Origin: an uncultured Nitrospiraceae bacterium
GTDB taxonomy: Bacteria; Hydrogenedentota; Hydrogenedentia; Hydrogenedentales; SLHB01
Direction: 5' to 3'
Length of the DNA stretch: 34,881 nt
Assembly: GCA_964452795.1 (NCBI GenBank)
Contig: CAYVOE010000003.1
Coordinates: 1 to 34,881, forward strand
Below are positions 26,152-34,881 of the stretch, piece after piece; the stretch's first letter is position 1; each line of letters starts with the position of its first letter. A program made the position numbers and the translations under genes. The notes beneath the pieces are model-generated. The model saw only the letters and a list, made by a program, of their open reading frames with translations, was not told the origin of the DNA and made no database searches.

Positions 26152-27417
26152 CTACTCGCCGCAGATCTTGAGGAGGCGCCGCTCGCTCTGCACCATGGAC
26201 CGCACCGTGTGGTAATTGATCTTCCAGGCGTGGGCCATGTAGTCCCAGAGCAGGTTGTTGTTCTCGTCGAAGAGGGGGAACCATTCGCCGACTTCGTGGT
26301 TGATCATGTGATCGAACACGAATCGGTGGACCTTTTCGTAGGCGTCGATGTACTTGGCGTCGCCGAAGTACAGATAGGCGTCGAGGAATCCCACCAGGGC
26401 CTCGGCCTGCTGCCAGAACTCCTTGTTGCGTTCCCGGGCGGGACCGGCCGCGGGCCCTTCGCAGAACATGCCGCCCTTTTCGGCGTCGACGCCGTACTGC
26501 TGGGCGTGGTCGTAGATCCGGCGGAGGGATTCCTTGTACTTCTCGGGGTCGAGGTCGAGAATCTCGATGGTGTGCCCCAGGAGCCAGGCGAACTCGACGT
26601 TGTGGCCGTAGCTGGTGTTGTCGAGGGGACGGCCCTCGTCGTCCTCGACGTCGCGGTCGGCGCCACACACGTTGTCGAAGATAATGGCGCGCGCGGGGGT
26701 CCAGTCGAGAAGGAACTGGGCCCGGCCCGTGCCCGATTCGGGGTCGATGATGCGGGCGAAGATGAGGTCCACCATCTCCTGGGTGCGCTGCTTGTAGATG
26801 TTGGCGCCGGTGGCCTCGTAGAGGTTGGTGTAGGCCTCCATGAGGTGCATGTGGATGTCGAAGGACTTGCGGTCGCCGCCGCCGCGGTGGGGCGGCTTGT
26901 GGGTGAAGTCGCGCTCGAGGAATTCGTAGTATCCGCCCCAGCAGTTGTCGGCGACGAGGGTCTGGAGCACCTCGTAGGTGCGGATGGCCCACTCGAGGCC
27001 GCGGGCGTCGCCGGAGGCCATGCCGTACTCGCTGAGGGCGTAGATGACGAAGGAATGGCCGTAGGTGAGCTTGCTGGTGTTGAGGGGCGTGCCGTCGCGC
27101 TCGGTGGTCCAGTACCAGCCCCAGTACTGGTCGTCCCAGAAGTGGTTGAGCAGGAAATCGACGCCTTGTCGGGCGCTCTTGAGGAAGTTGCCCGACGGGT
27201 CGAGGCCGTTTCGGTGGACCTGGGACGCGGTGTAGATCATGCGGGCCTGGCACACCAGGGTCTTGACGGTCTCCCCCGTGGGGTTTCCGTTTCGGTCGAA
27301 GTAGGTCAGGAACCCGCCGTACTCCTTGTCGACCCCGCGGGTGGCCCAGAAGGGCAGCAATTCATCGCGCAGATGGTCCTGGACTTCCTGCAAGAACTTT
27401 TCACAACGTTCTATCAT
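26152..27417 (-). CDS. AGE-family epimerase/isomerase (cellobiose 2-epimerase-like)
   Basis: LLPFW...GVDKEYGGF, KTLVCQARMIY, HMHLMEA, SYGHNVEFAWLL, WQQAEALVG, GEW, WKINYH; ATG 27417. Confidence 0.92.
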   Translation of the reverse strand: MIERCEKFLQEVQDHLRDELLPFWATRGVDKEYGGFLTYFDRNGNPTGETVKTLVCQARMIYTASQVHRNGLDPSGNFLKSARQGVDFLLNHFWDDQYWGWYWTTERDGTPLNTSKLTYGHSFVIYALSEYGMASGDARGLEWAIRTYEVLQTLVADNCWGGYYEFLERDFTHKPPHRGGGDRKSFDIHMHLMEAYTNLYEATGANIYKQRTQEMVDLIFARIIDPESGTGRAQFLLDWTPARAIIFDNVCGADRDVEDDEGRPLDNTSYGHNVEFAWLLGHTIEILDLDPEKYKESLRRIYDHAQQYGVDAEKGGMFCEGPAAGPARERNKEFWQQAEALVGFLDAYLYFGDAKYIDAYEKVHRFVFDHMINHEVGEWFPLFDENNNLLWDYMAHAWKINYHTVRSMVQSERRLLKICGE

Positions 27418-27631
27418 TTCTCCGTAGCCCTTCAATGCGTTTAGACGATTCCGAACGCGTTCGGTCCCCGGTTGGAGTGGAATCGAACCGAAAACGGCGC
27501 TGGAACGACCCCCACATGTAAGTCTTGCAAGTCTATAGAGCCGGAAAGGCGAACGCAACAGTCCGGGAGCGGGCGGCGCGTTGGGGCGGGCGTCCGGGGC
27601 TTCGGCAGCCGATAAAGGGGGCTCCCTTTTC

Positions 27632-27660
27632 TTGTGCGGGGCCGGATCATGGTGTAAGAT
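27632..27660 (+). promoter_or_regulatory. Putative sigma70 promoter of CBS gene
   Basis: TTGTGC - 17 nt - TAAGAT. Confidence 0.4.
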
Positions 27661-27754
27661 CTTAAGAAGAGTCCTCCATCCGCGCCTTGTGCGCCCTTCG
27701 CGCGATTCGCGCCTCCCGCCGGATTCCCCATCCGGCCCTGTAGGAGTTTCCATA

Positions 27755-28336
27755 ATGCCCACCACCGAACCTCCCATCGTTCGTGATTGCATGACCGCTC
27801 AGGTCCCTATCGTCGGCCCGGCCAACGACGCCTTCGAGGCCTTGCGCGCCCTTCGCAAGAGCAAGGCGCCGGCGGCCCTGGTGATTGAGGAAGGCCGCGG
27901 AATCGTCGGGGTCTTCACAGAGAAAAGCGCCCTCCAAATCCTGGCGAACACGGCCTATGACCGCCTGCCCGGGGGCCGGGTCTCGGACTATATGCAGGTG
28001 AGCCCCGATGCGGTGTCACCAAACACGGACCTTTTCCAGGTGGCGCGCACCTTTCTCGATACGGATGTGACGGCCCTGCCCGTGATTGAAGACGGGCGGC
28101 TTGTGGGGGCCATCACCCGGCCGGACCTGGTGGCGGCCATCGAGAAGCTCCAGGATTACCTGGCGGCGGAAGAGGGCTCGTGGGACCGCAACGTCAAGGC
28201 GGCGCTGGATCCGGAGTCCAAGGAGGAGATGCAGCCGTACCTGGCGAACGCCCGGCCCGAACAGCGCGCCGAATCGATGCGCAACCGCAAGACGCTGCAG
28301 GCTCGCGACGAGCGCAAGGAGGATCTGCCGAAATAG
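27755..28336 (+). CDS. CBS-domain pair protein
   Basis: VRDCMT, IVGVFTE, VSDYM, LPVIEDGRLVGAITRPDL; RBS AGGAG. Confidence 0.88.
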   Translation: MPTTEPPIVRDCMTAQVPIVGPANDAFEALRALRKSKAPAALVIEEGRGIVGVFTEKSALQILANTAYDRLPGGRVSDYMQVSPDAVSPNTDLFQVARTFLDTDVTALPVIEDGRLVGAITRPDLVAAIEKLQDYLAAEEGSWDRNVKAALDPESKEEMQPYLANARPEQRAESMRNRKTLQARDERKEDLPK

Positions 28337-28355
28337 GGGCGCCCGGTCGGGACGC

Positions 28356-28904
28356 TCAGAAGGTGTATCCGATGCCCAGGGAAATGGCGTTGACTCCGGC
28401 GTTGTCGCTTCCGAGGCCGGCGTTCGAGATGTGCTGGTACTTTACCGAGAGGTGCCAGTCCTTCTCGAAACGGTAGCCGACGCCCAGCTCGTCGAGGAAG
28501 TTGATGCGCGACGAGTTTTCGTTGAAGTAGCGCGAGGTCCAGAGCGGGGCCACGCCGGCTTCGGCGTAGAAGCCTTTGTGGTCTTCCCGGGGATACCAGC
28601 GGAAGGCGATGCCGGCGGCGACGCCGTAGATGGGCTCGGGCTCGGGATAGATGAACAGCGGATAGGCGCGAACGCTCAGGGTAAGGTGGATCCGCACGGG
28701 GATTTCGTATTCGACGGAGCCGGAGACGAAGTAGTCCCCCTCTCGGTCGGTCTTCTTGGAGTGGAGGACGTCGGCGCCCTGGAGCTCGATGCGCCAGCGT
28801 CCCTGCTCGATGTCCAGGGGACGGGCGGCGGCGGAACCGCTGACGATCGCCAGAAGGAGAGCCGCGAGGATTCCTCCGCGCGAAATACCGTGTGTTCGGA
28901 GCAT
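28356..28904 (-). CDS. PagL-like (lipid A 3-O-deacylase family) outer-membrane beta-barrel
   Basis: Signal peptide; FYAEAGV, NF..ELGVGYRF, YQHISNAGL..DNAGVN and C-terminal GYTF. Confidence 0.85.
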   Translation of the reverse strand: MLRTHGISRGGILAALLLAIVSGSAAARPLDIEQGRWRIELQGADVLHSKKTDREGDYFVSGSVEYEIPVRIHLTLSVRAYPLFIYPEPEPIYGVAAGIAFRWYPREDHKGFYAEAGVAPLWTSRYFNENSSRINFLDELGVGYRFEKDWHLSVKYQHISNAGLGSDNAGVNAISLGIGYTF

Positions 28905-28955
28905 AGCGCGTCCTTACCCGATGGATGGCTACCGTTGAAGAGATGGTTTCGGGCT

Positions 28956-28984
28956 ATCATAGCCGGGCCCTCCACCCGAGTCAA
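28956..28984 (-). promoter_or_regulatory. Putative sigma70 promoter of PagL-like gene
   Basis: Minus strand TTGACT - 17 nt - TATGAT. Confidence 0.55.
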
Positions 28985-29321
28985 TCGAGACGCAGCCGGT
29001 CCGGAGGGTGCACGGCCCGGGTCTGAACGGGTATAGTATTGACGCCGGGACGGTCGCCCTTTCCGGTTTCACCCCCTACTTCATGCGGCATGACCTGCAA
29101 ACGGAACCCGGAGATCACGGAGCGCGGACAAAAAAGCCGCTGGCCCTTCGCGGTCGGCGGCGACCGGCGGCGGACGACGGGTCACCCTTCACGCGCCATC
29201 GGCGGAGCCTCCGGATGAGGTCCTCGTTTCGGGTCGTATGGGCCGGTCGGGCGGTGGAGTCCGGGGCTTCGAACCGTCCCCCCGTGGAAGGATGAAAGCA
29301 GAGAGTCAGGAGAGACGGCCC

Positions 29322-29873
29322 ATGAGTGCGAAGTCCCTGTGCCCGGTTTGGATAGCCCTGGTACTCCTGGCGGCCGGCTGCGTCAGCACGCCCGTGGTGA
29401 CCGCCCCCGTCGTGAACCCCGTTGCGCCGCCCTCGCCGCCTCCCCTGGCGGCGCCGCGTCCGACCACGCCCGAGGAGTTGATGCGGGGGTTCGTGGAGGC
29501 CATGGCCCAGGGCGATCTGGAGCGGGCCCGGGCCTACTACCTGTCTGCGGAAGAGTTCGACGCCCTGTTCTCGTGGCCGGGCGACGCCGACCCGCGGGAA
29601 CGGTTCGGCCAGCGCATCGCGATGGCGTTGCAGCAGCATGCGGAAGTCCTTCAGGGGGCGCAGTACGTCGGGCTCGCCGAGACGCCGTCGATCATCCCCC
29701 TGGAGGCGCAACAGGCCCTGGCGGGGCTCGTGGTGGATCGGGCGACCCGAGGGATCGACATGGCGACGGCCGTGGTGAATGTGAACGGCCAGGAACGGCG
29801 GGTCACCCTCCAGGGCCTGGTCGACGCCGGAGGGTATTGGCGGGTCTTCGGCCCCACGCTGGAAGTCCGCTGA
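29322..29873 (+). CDS. Hypothetical lipoprotein
   Basis: Lipobox LLAAGC after a hydrophobic stretch; Pro-rich linker; TPEELMRGFVEAMAQGDLERA...YWRV pattern reminiscent of NTF2-like/DUF4878 lipoproteins; RBS AGGAG. Confidence 0.72.
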   Translation: MSAKSLCPVWIALVLLAAGCVSTPVVTAPVVNPVAPPSPPPLAAPRPTTPEELMRGFVEAMAQGDLERARAYYLSAEEFDALFSWPGDADPRERFGQRIAMALQQHAEVLQGAQYVGLAETPSIIPLEAQQALAGLVVDRATRGIDMATAVVNVNGQERRVTLQGLVDAGGYWRVFGPTLEVR

Positions 29874-29934
29874 GGCGGAGGCATTCGCGGCGCCTCGGCC
29901 TGTGGAGCGACGGGGCTGTCCGCCGTGGATGAGG

Positions 29935-30563
29935 CCCCGGAAGGGGATCCAACGCAACGATGCAGGCCGGCCATTGGACGGGACCGTTCCGGGATCGACA
30001 TCCACCCCACTTGTCGTAAGCCTGCGAGGACTGCGCCGGACGGGGCGGTGAGGTCTCCCCCACCCGTCATTGCGAGGAGCGGACCCCTGTGGGAGGACAG
30101 GTGTACGGGGCAACAGTCTATGGTTACACGCATGCCTGTGGTGTGTACTCAGGCATAAGCGACGCGGCAATCTCACATGAGCCGGTGACCCTTGTTCGCG
30201 AAGTGAGGATCCTACCACGGGTGAGATTGCCGCGTCGCTCTGTATAGGCGCCCACAGACGGCATAGATAGACCTGACGTATACCCGCCTCCCGTATGGGT
30301 TTCCACAGAGGACCGCTCCTCGCAATGACGGGTTGGCGGTACCTCACACCCATCGAGCGCAGTCCTCGTAGGCTTACGCGGGGAGGGGCACCCTCACATC
30401 CCGGCCCAGCGCAGTCCTTGTCGTCCTACGCGGAGAGGCCATCTCACATGCGTCTGTTGAGCGCAGTCCTCGTAGCGCTACGACGGGTGGAGCGGATGTC
30501 GGTGGCGGGACGGTTCCGTTCTGTGGTTGACCCGTATCCCTACGTATGCCTCCCCTTCGGGGG
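29935..30563. repeat. Giant imperfect palindrome (REP/RPE-like core) with 3x ~50-nt tandem repeat on the right arm
   Basis: Perfect arms 30062-30082/30313-30333 (21 bp) and 30158-30176/30221-30239 (19 bp); near-perfect arms 30015-30036/30357-30378 and 29976-29991/30506-30521; centre TTCGCGAA at 30195-30202. Confidence 0.88.
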
Positions 30564-30695
30564 ATTCGGACGGGGCGACTCAAGGGGGAACGGGGCGGCG
30601 CCGATACCACACACGAATCCATGGTTTTCGGGAAGGACTCGGTATTCGCACTCCTTTTCTGCCTTTGGAGGGGGTGTGTGCGGGCACGAGGACGC

Positions 30696-30724
30696 TTGAC
30701 AGGTATCCGAGGGCGCAGTAGACT
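30696..30724 (+). promoter_or_regulatory. sigma70 promoter upstream of sugar transferase
   Basis: TTGACA (30696-30701) - 17 nt - TAGACT (30719-30724). Confidence 0.65.
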
Positions 30725-31031
30725 ATGATCAATTCTGGATCTTCGCGTAATTGGGTCGCCGGGTTCAGCGTCGGTGTGCAAGGTTGTGTCGTGATCTGCG
30801 GCCGGATTTCCACGGGTTTGCCGGCCCGGAAGGCCGTCGCGGACGGTGGCTCTCACTTGAGGACTCCGTCATTGGCTCGGCTTCCGGAAGAAGGGCCGGC
30901 GCACTTTCAACCTCCTCTCGTGCCCCGCAGTCGTTTCGCCGCTTCGTTCTCGCGCGCGAGGCCTGCCCGTCGCCCTCTTTCAACTCCGACATTGGCATCG
31001 GTTCGACGCGCGGCGAAAGGGCGGGTAGCTC

Positions 31032-32480
31032 GTGCCTTTTCTTAAGAAACATAGTGGACTTCTGACGTTCGGGTTGGCGATGGCCGACGCCACGTGCGTG
31101 CTGGCGGCGTATGCCCTGGCGGTGGCGTTAACGACGCCGGACGCGACGGCCGAGGTGTTCCGCGAGAAATTCGTGGGCAACCTGGCATATTTCGTCGTAT
31201 TCGTGGTGGTATGGTCGGGCGCGGCGGCGGATCAACGGCTGTTCGTGTCGCGCCGCGACGATTCGTTGATCACCCAGGTGCTGTCGGTGCTCAAGGCGGT
31301 GGTGTCGGCCCTGGTGTTCAGCGGGTTCGTGGTCGGGTTCTTCATGCGCCAGATGCCCGAGCGCGACCTGTTCGTCTATTTCGGGCTGTTCACGCTGATC
31401 CTGCTGACGGCGTTCCGGATGGGCCTGCGGCTGTTCCTGTGGAACCTGCGGCGCCACGGATACAATTACCGCCAGATCCTGATCATCGGCGCGAACGAAC
31501 GGTCCGAGCGCCTGGCGGAGATCATCGAGACCCACGGCCAGTACGGCTACCAGATCGTGGGGTTCCTCGACGACGACCCGGGGCGGTTCCACCTGCTGCA
31601 GAAGCACGGGGTGGCCCACCTGGGCGGGTTTGAAGACCTCGAGCGGGTGCTGGCGAACCGGGTGGTGGACGAGGTCTACATCACGCTGACGGTGCGGTCG
31701 TATTACGAGCTGATCCAGCGGTGCGCCCACCTGTGCGAAGGCGTGGGCGTGACGGTGCGGATGACGGCGGACATGTTCCCGCTGCGGATCGCCACCAGCC
31801 GGGTGCACCTGATGGAAGACATCCCCATCCTGTCGCTGTGCCCGGTGCCGGACCACCAGTTCCAGCTCTATTTGAAGCGGACGCTGGACTTCGTGGCGGC
31901 CACGGCGGCGCTGGTGGTCCTGGTGCCGCTGGTGTTCCTGCCGACGGCGATTTTGATCAAGCTCGAGGGGCTGATTTGGAAGGAGACCCGGGGGCCGGTG
32001 TTCTTCGTGCAGGAGCGGGTGGGGCTCAACGGGCGCCGGTTCCGCATGGTGAAGTTCCGGTCCATGGTGAGAAACGCCGAGGAACTGCGCAAGGAGCTGG
32101 AACATCTCAACGAGGCCGACGGACCGGTGTTCAAGATCCGCAAGGATCCGCGGGTCACCCGGGTGGGCCGGGTCATTCGGAAGACCAGCATCGACGAGCT
32201 GCCCCAGTTGTTCAACGTGTGGGTGGGCACCATGAGCCTCGTGGGTCCGCGACCGCCGCTACACTCGGAGGTGGTCCAGTATTCGTGGGACCAGCGGCGC
32301 CGCCTGAGCGTGAAGCCGGGGATGACGGGCCTGTGGCAGATCAGCGGGCGGTCGAACCTGACTTTCCGGGAGTGGGTGGACCTGGACCTGACCTACATCG
32401 ACACATGGAGCGTGGCGCAGGACTTCCGGATCATCGCCAAGACCGTTCAGGTGGTGGTGCAGGGCAAGGGCGCGGCGTAG
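31032..32480 (+). CDS. Undecaprenyl-phosphate sugar phosphotransferase (WcaJ/CpsE-like priming glycosyltransferase)
   Basis: 4 N-terminal TMs, ILIIGA...IVGFLDDD, KRTLD, GPVFFVQERVGLNGRRFRMVKFRSM, DPRVTRVGR, SIDELPQL, MSLVGPRP, KPGMTGLWQISGR. Confidence 0.95.
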   Translation: MPFLKKHSGLLTFGLAMADATCVLAAYALAVALTTPDATAEVFREKFVGNLAYFVVFVVVWSGAAADQRLFVSRRDDSLITQVLSVLKAVVSALVFSGFVVGFFMRQMPERDLFVYFGLFTLILLTAFRMGLRLFLWNLRRHGYNYRQILIIGANERSERLAEIIETHGQYGYQIVGFLDDDPGRFHLLQKHGVAHLGGFEDLERVLANRVVDEVYITLTVRSYYELIQRCAHLCEGVGVTVRMTADMFPLRIATSRVHLMEDIPILSLCPVPDHQFQLYLKRTLDFVAATAALVVLVPLVFLPTAILIKLEGLIWKETRGPVFFVQERVGLNGRRFRMVKFRSMVRNAEELRKELEHLNEADGPVFKIRKDPRVTRVGRVIRKTSIDELPQLFNVWVGTMSLVGPRPPLHSEVVQYSWDQRRRLSVKPGMTGLWQISGRSNLTFREWVDLDLTYIDTWSVAQDFRIIAKTVQVVVQGKGAA

Positions 32481-32532
32481 AGCGTGGCTTGGACGTTTGG
32501 ACGACCCGGGCACATGCACGGCCTTTCGGGGT

Positions 32533-32561
32533 TTGATTTTCGCGGGTTTGATTGTTACACT
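32533..32561 (+). promoter_or_regulatory. Putative rpsT promoter (extended -10)
   Basis: TTGATT - 17 nt - TACACT with TG at the extended -10 position. Confidence 0.5.
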
Positions 32562-32616
32562 GAAGGGCCTTGTGATCTGAATTGGATATCCCACGGGATT
32601 TAGGCGGAGTTACGGA

Positions 32617-32901
32617 ATGGCGAACATCAAGTCTTCGATCAAGGACATCAAGCGGAACGCGCGCAACCGCCTGCGGAACCAGTCGGTGAAGTCGCGGATG
32701 CGCACGTACGTGAAAAACGCGTTTCAAGCCATCGAGGCGAAGGATCCGGAAGAGATCCGGAAGGCGCTGCCGGAAGCCCTGTCGGAGATCGACAAGGCGG
32801 CCTCGAAGGGCGTGATCCATCGGAACAGCGCCGCCCGCAAGAAGTCTTCGCTCGAACGCCGGGCCCACGCGGTCATCGGCTCCTCGGCTTCGGGTTCCTA
32901 A
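32617..32901 (+). CDS. rpsT: 30S ribosomal protein S20
   Basis: MANIKSSIK...RNRLRNQSVKSRMRT...IDKAASKGVIHRNSAARKKS. Confidence 0.97.
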   Translation: MANIKSSIKDIKRNARNRLRNQSVKSRMRTYVKNAFQAIEAKDPEEIRKALPEALSEIDKAASKGVIHRNSAARKKSSLERRAHAVIGSSASGS

Positions 32902-33083
32902 GGCCCGACTCTTTTCCGTTTCCCTCGGGCCGCGACCGCGTTCGGCACACCCGCCGCCCCCGTGGATCCGGTCCGGCCGGAGGGGTTTCCGTACCCGCCT
33001 GACCCTTCGTCGTGCAATCCGTCCGCTTGCCTCGCGGGCGTTTTTTGCCCATACTGGGGACTTGCCGGGCAAAGGGGACTTCC

Positions 33084-34034
33084 ATGGCGAGCGGCGCATA
33101 TCAGGGCGTGATTCTGGCGGCGGGGCACGGGTCGCGGATGGGGCCTTTCGGGGAGCTCTTCCCGAAGCCCGTGGTGCCGATCTGCAACAAACCGCTGGCG
33201 GCGTACCAGCTGGAATACATGAAACGGGTCGGCATCGAGGACGTGGTGGTGGTCATCGGCCACCTGGGGCACCGCATCATCCAGACCTTGGGCGACGGCC
33301 GGGACTACGGCGTCCGCATCCGGTATGTGGAACAGGAGCGGCGGCTGGGCATCGCCCACGCCGTGGGACAGCTCGAGCCGCACGTGGACCGGCCCTTTCT
33401 CCTGTTTCTCGGCGACATCTTCTTCGAGGTGCCGGACCTGCGGCCCATGTTCGACGAGATGGAGCGGCGGGGGGCGGCGGGCGTGCTGGCGGTGCGGGAG
33501 GAGACGGACGCCGCGGCCGTGAAGAAGAATTTCTCCGTGCAGCTTCGCGACGACGGCACGGTGCGCCGGGTGATCGAGAAGCCGCGGCACGTATTCAACC
33601 TGTTGAAGGGCTGCGGGCTCTACCTCTTCGACCTGCCCATCTTCGACGCCATCCGACGGACGCCGCGGACGGCCCTGCGCGACGAATACGAACTGACCGA
33701 CTCGATCCAGATCCTCATCGACCTCGAGTATCCCGTGCGTATCGCCAACGTGGTGACGTGGGACATGAATGTGACCTACATCGGCGACCTCATCGCGTGT
33801 TGCACGCGGCAACTGCGGAACACGGGGCGGGATTCGCTGGTGGGGGCGCGGGCCTCCATCGCGCCGGGGACGGAGCTGGTGGACACGGTGGTGGGCGACG
33901 ACGCGGCGATCCGCCATCCCATACGGCTGGAGCGGTGCGTGGTGCTGGCGGGGGCGACGATCGACGAGAAGCGCGATTTTGCCGACACCGTGTTCACCGA
34001 CGGAACCCGCCTGAGCGCCTCGGAAGAGTCGTAA
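33084..34034 (+). CDS. Sugar-phosphate nucleotidyltransferase (glucose-1-phosphate thymidylyltransferase long-form-like)
   Basis: GVILAAGHGSRM, PKPVVPI, YVEQ..RLGIAHA, FLGD, EKP, GLYLF, ELTDSI, C-terminal hexapeptide-like repeats. Confidence 0.92.
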   Translation: MASGAYQGVILAAGHGSRMGPFGELFPKPVVPICNKPLAAYQLEYMKRVGIEDVVVVIGHLGHRIIQTLGDGRDYGVRIRYVEQERRLGIAHAVGQLEPHVDRPFLLFLGDIFFEVPDLRPMFDEMERRGAAGVLAVREETDAAAVKKNFSVQLRDDGTVRRVIEKPRHVFNLLKGCGLYLFDLPIFDAIRRTPRTALRDEYELTDSIQILIDLEYPVRIANVVTWDMNVTYIGDLIACCTRQLRNTGRDSLVGARASIAPGTELVDTVVGDDAAIRHPIRLERCVVLAGATIDEKRDFADTVFTDGTRLSASEES

Positions 34035-34089
34035 GCCGACCCGACATACCTTTGCATCCGCCCGGGGGCGTCTGACAGAATGCGACGCC

Positions 34090-34881
34090 ATGCACAAGGT
34101 TCAATCCGACACCTACGATCTCGTCTGTTACGGCTGCGGAGCCGCCTATTCCGCCGGCGGACGGCCCGCCTGCGAGGCCTGCGGCGAACCGCTGAGCATC
34201 CGGATGCGGACCCAACCGGCGGCGGACCTGTTTCGAACGCGGCCGGAATCGATGTGGCACTACGCCGAAATGCTGCCCGTTGCGTCGCGGGACGCCGTGG
34301 TGTCGCTGGGGGAAGGCGCCACGCCCCTGGTGGCGGCGCCGCGGCTGGCGAAGCGGCTGGGAATCGGCGATCTCCGGATCAAGAACGAGATGGGCAACCC
34401 GACGGGGTCCTTCAAGGACCGGCAGGTGTCGGTGGGCATCAGCCGGGCCCGGGAAATCGGGGCCGAGACCGTGGCGGTGGTGTCGTCGGGCAACGTGGCC
34501 TGCGCGGCGGCGGCCTATGGGGCCCGGGCGGGCGTGAAGGCGGTGCTGCTGATGCACAGCCATGCGGCGGCGGGCAAGGCGGTGCAGGCGGCGGCCTGCG
34601 GCGGGCGCGTGGTGCGGGTGGACACGCCGTCGGCGGCGGGGCTCTTCGACCTGTGCGTGGAGGCCTGTCGGCGCTTCGGGTGGTATCACCTGTCGACGGC
34701 GGGGATGTACGAGCCGTTTAACGTGGAGGGGGCCAAGACCGTCGCCTACGAGCTGTATCAACAGACGGGCGGAGACCTGCCGGACTGGGTGGTGGCGCCG
34801 GTGGGCGGCGGAGGGCTCCTGGGCGGGATCTGGCGCGGATTTCTCGATCTGAAAGACCGGGGGCTCATCGACCGGGTGCCG
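34090..34881 (+). CDS. thrC: Threonine synthase-like PLP enzyme (partial, runs off window)
   Basis: Translated by hand from ATG 34090: N-terminal CxxC...CxxC, MWHYAEMLP, SLGEGATPL, KNEMGNPTGSFKDR (PLP lysine), SSGN, EGAKTVAYEL, PDWVVAPVGGGG. Confidence 0.9.
   Translation, partial: MHKVQSDTYDLVCYGCGAAYSAGGRPACEACGEPLSIRMRTQPAADLFRTRPESMWHYAEMLPVASRDAVVSLGEGATPLVAAPRLAKRLGIGDLRIKNEMGNPTGSFKDRQVSVGISRAREIGAETVAVVSSGNVACAAAAYGARAGVKAVLLMHSHAAAGKAVQAAACGGRVVRVDTPSAAGLFDLCVEACRRFGWYHLSTAGMYEPFNVEGAKTVAYELYQQTGGDLPDWVVAPVGGGGLLGGIWRGFLDLKDRGLIDRVP

Noticed and set aside
29253-29285. tRNA/tmRNA 3'-end-like sequence on minus (GGTTCGAAGCCCCGGACTCCACC)
   Set aside because: T-stem does not pair properly, no CCA, no upstream cloverleaf; at most a degenerate remnant
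30343-30487. CRISPR array interpretation of the 50-nt repeats
   Set aside because: Only three degenerate units, short variable parts, embedded in a palindrome arm, no cas genes
29115-31065. ORFs across the palindrome region (e.g. 29115..30353, 30295..30699, 30374..30856)
   Set aside because: No protein motifs, atypical codon usage; the recurring peptide PVIARSGPLW on both strands simply reflects the inverted repeat

Overview
GC-rich bacterial chromosomal window containing about 25 genes. In order: a truncated membrane-anchored Ser/Thr pseudokinase; an orphan multi-PAS histidine kinase; a secreted LamG+GH2 glycosidase; a HybA/HybB(NrfD)/13-heme cytochrome c redox operon; a uracil-DNA glycosylase-family gene; a heparinase II/III-like gene broken by one in-frame TGA; a compact, AT-richer HigB/RelE toxin - HTH antitoxin - SecB-like chaperone (TAC) module; a pilMNOPQ type IV pilus operon with an unusually long secretin; a 6S RNA with its promoter and terminator; aldo/keto reductase, FGGY kinase, methyltransferase, AGE-family epimerase, CBS protein, PagL-like barrel and a lipoprotein; a ~630-nt non-coding foldback element; a WcaJ-like sugar transferase, rpsT, an NDP-sugar nucleotidyltransferase and a partial threonine synthase. 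The most notable items are (i) the TAC module, with an ssrA-like C-terminal degron on the antitoxin and a consensus promoter/operator that predicts a leaderless toxin mRNA, and (ii) the giant palindrome at ~29935-30563, whose mismatches in the best-aligned blocks are G-U compatible on the + strand and which carries a 3x ~50-nt tandem repeat on one arm. All family assignments come from motif recognition by eye; no searches were run.
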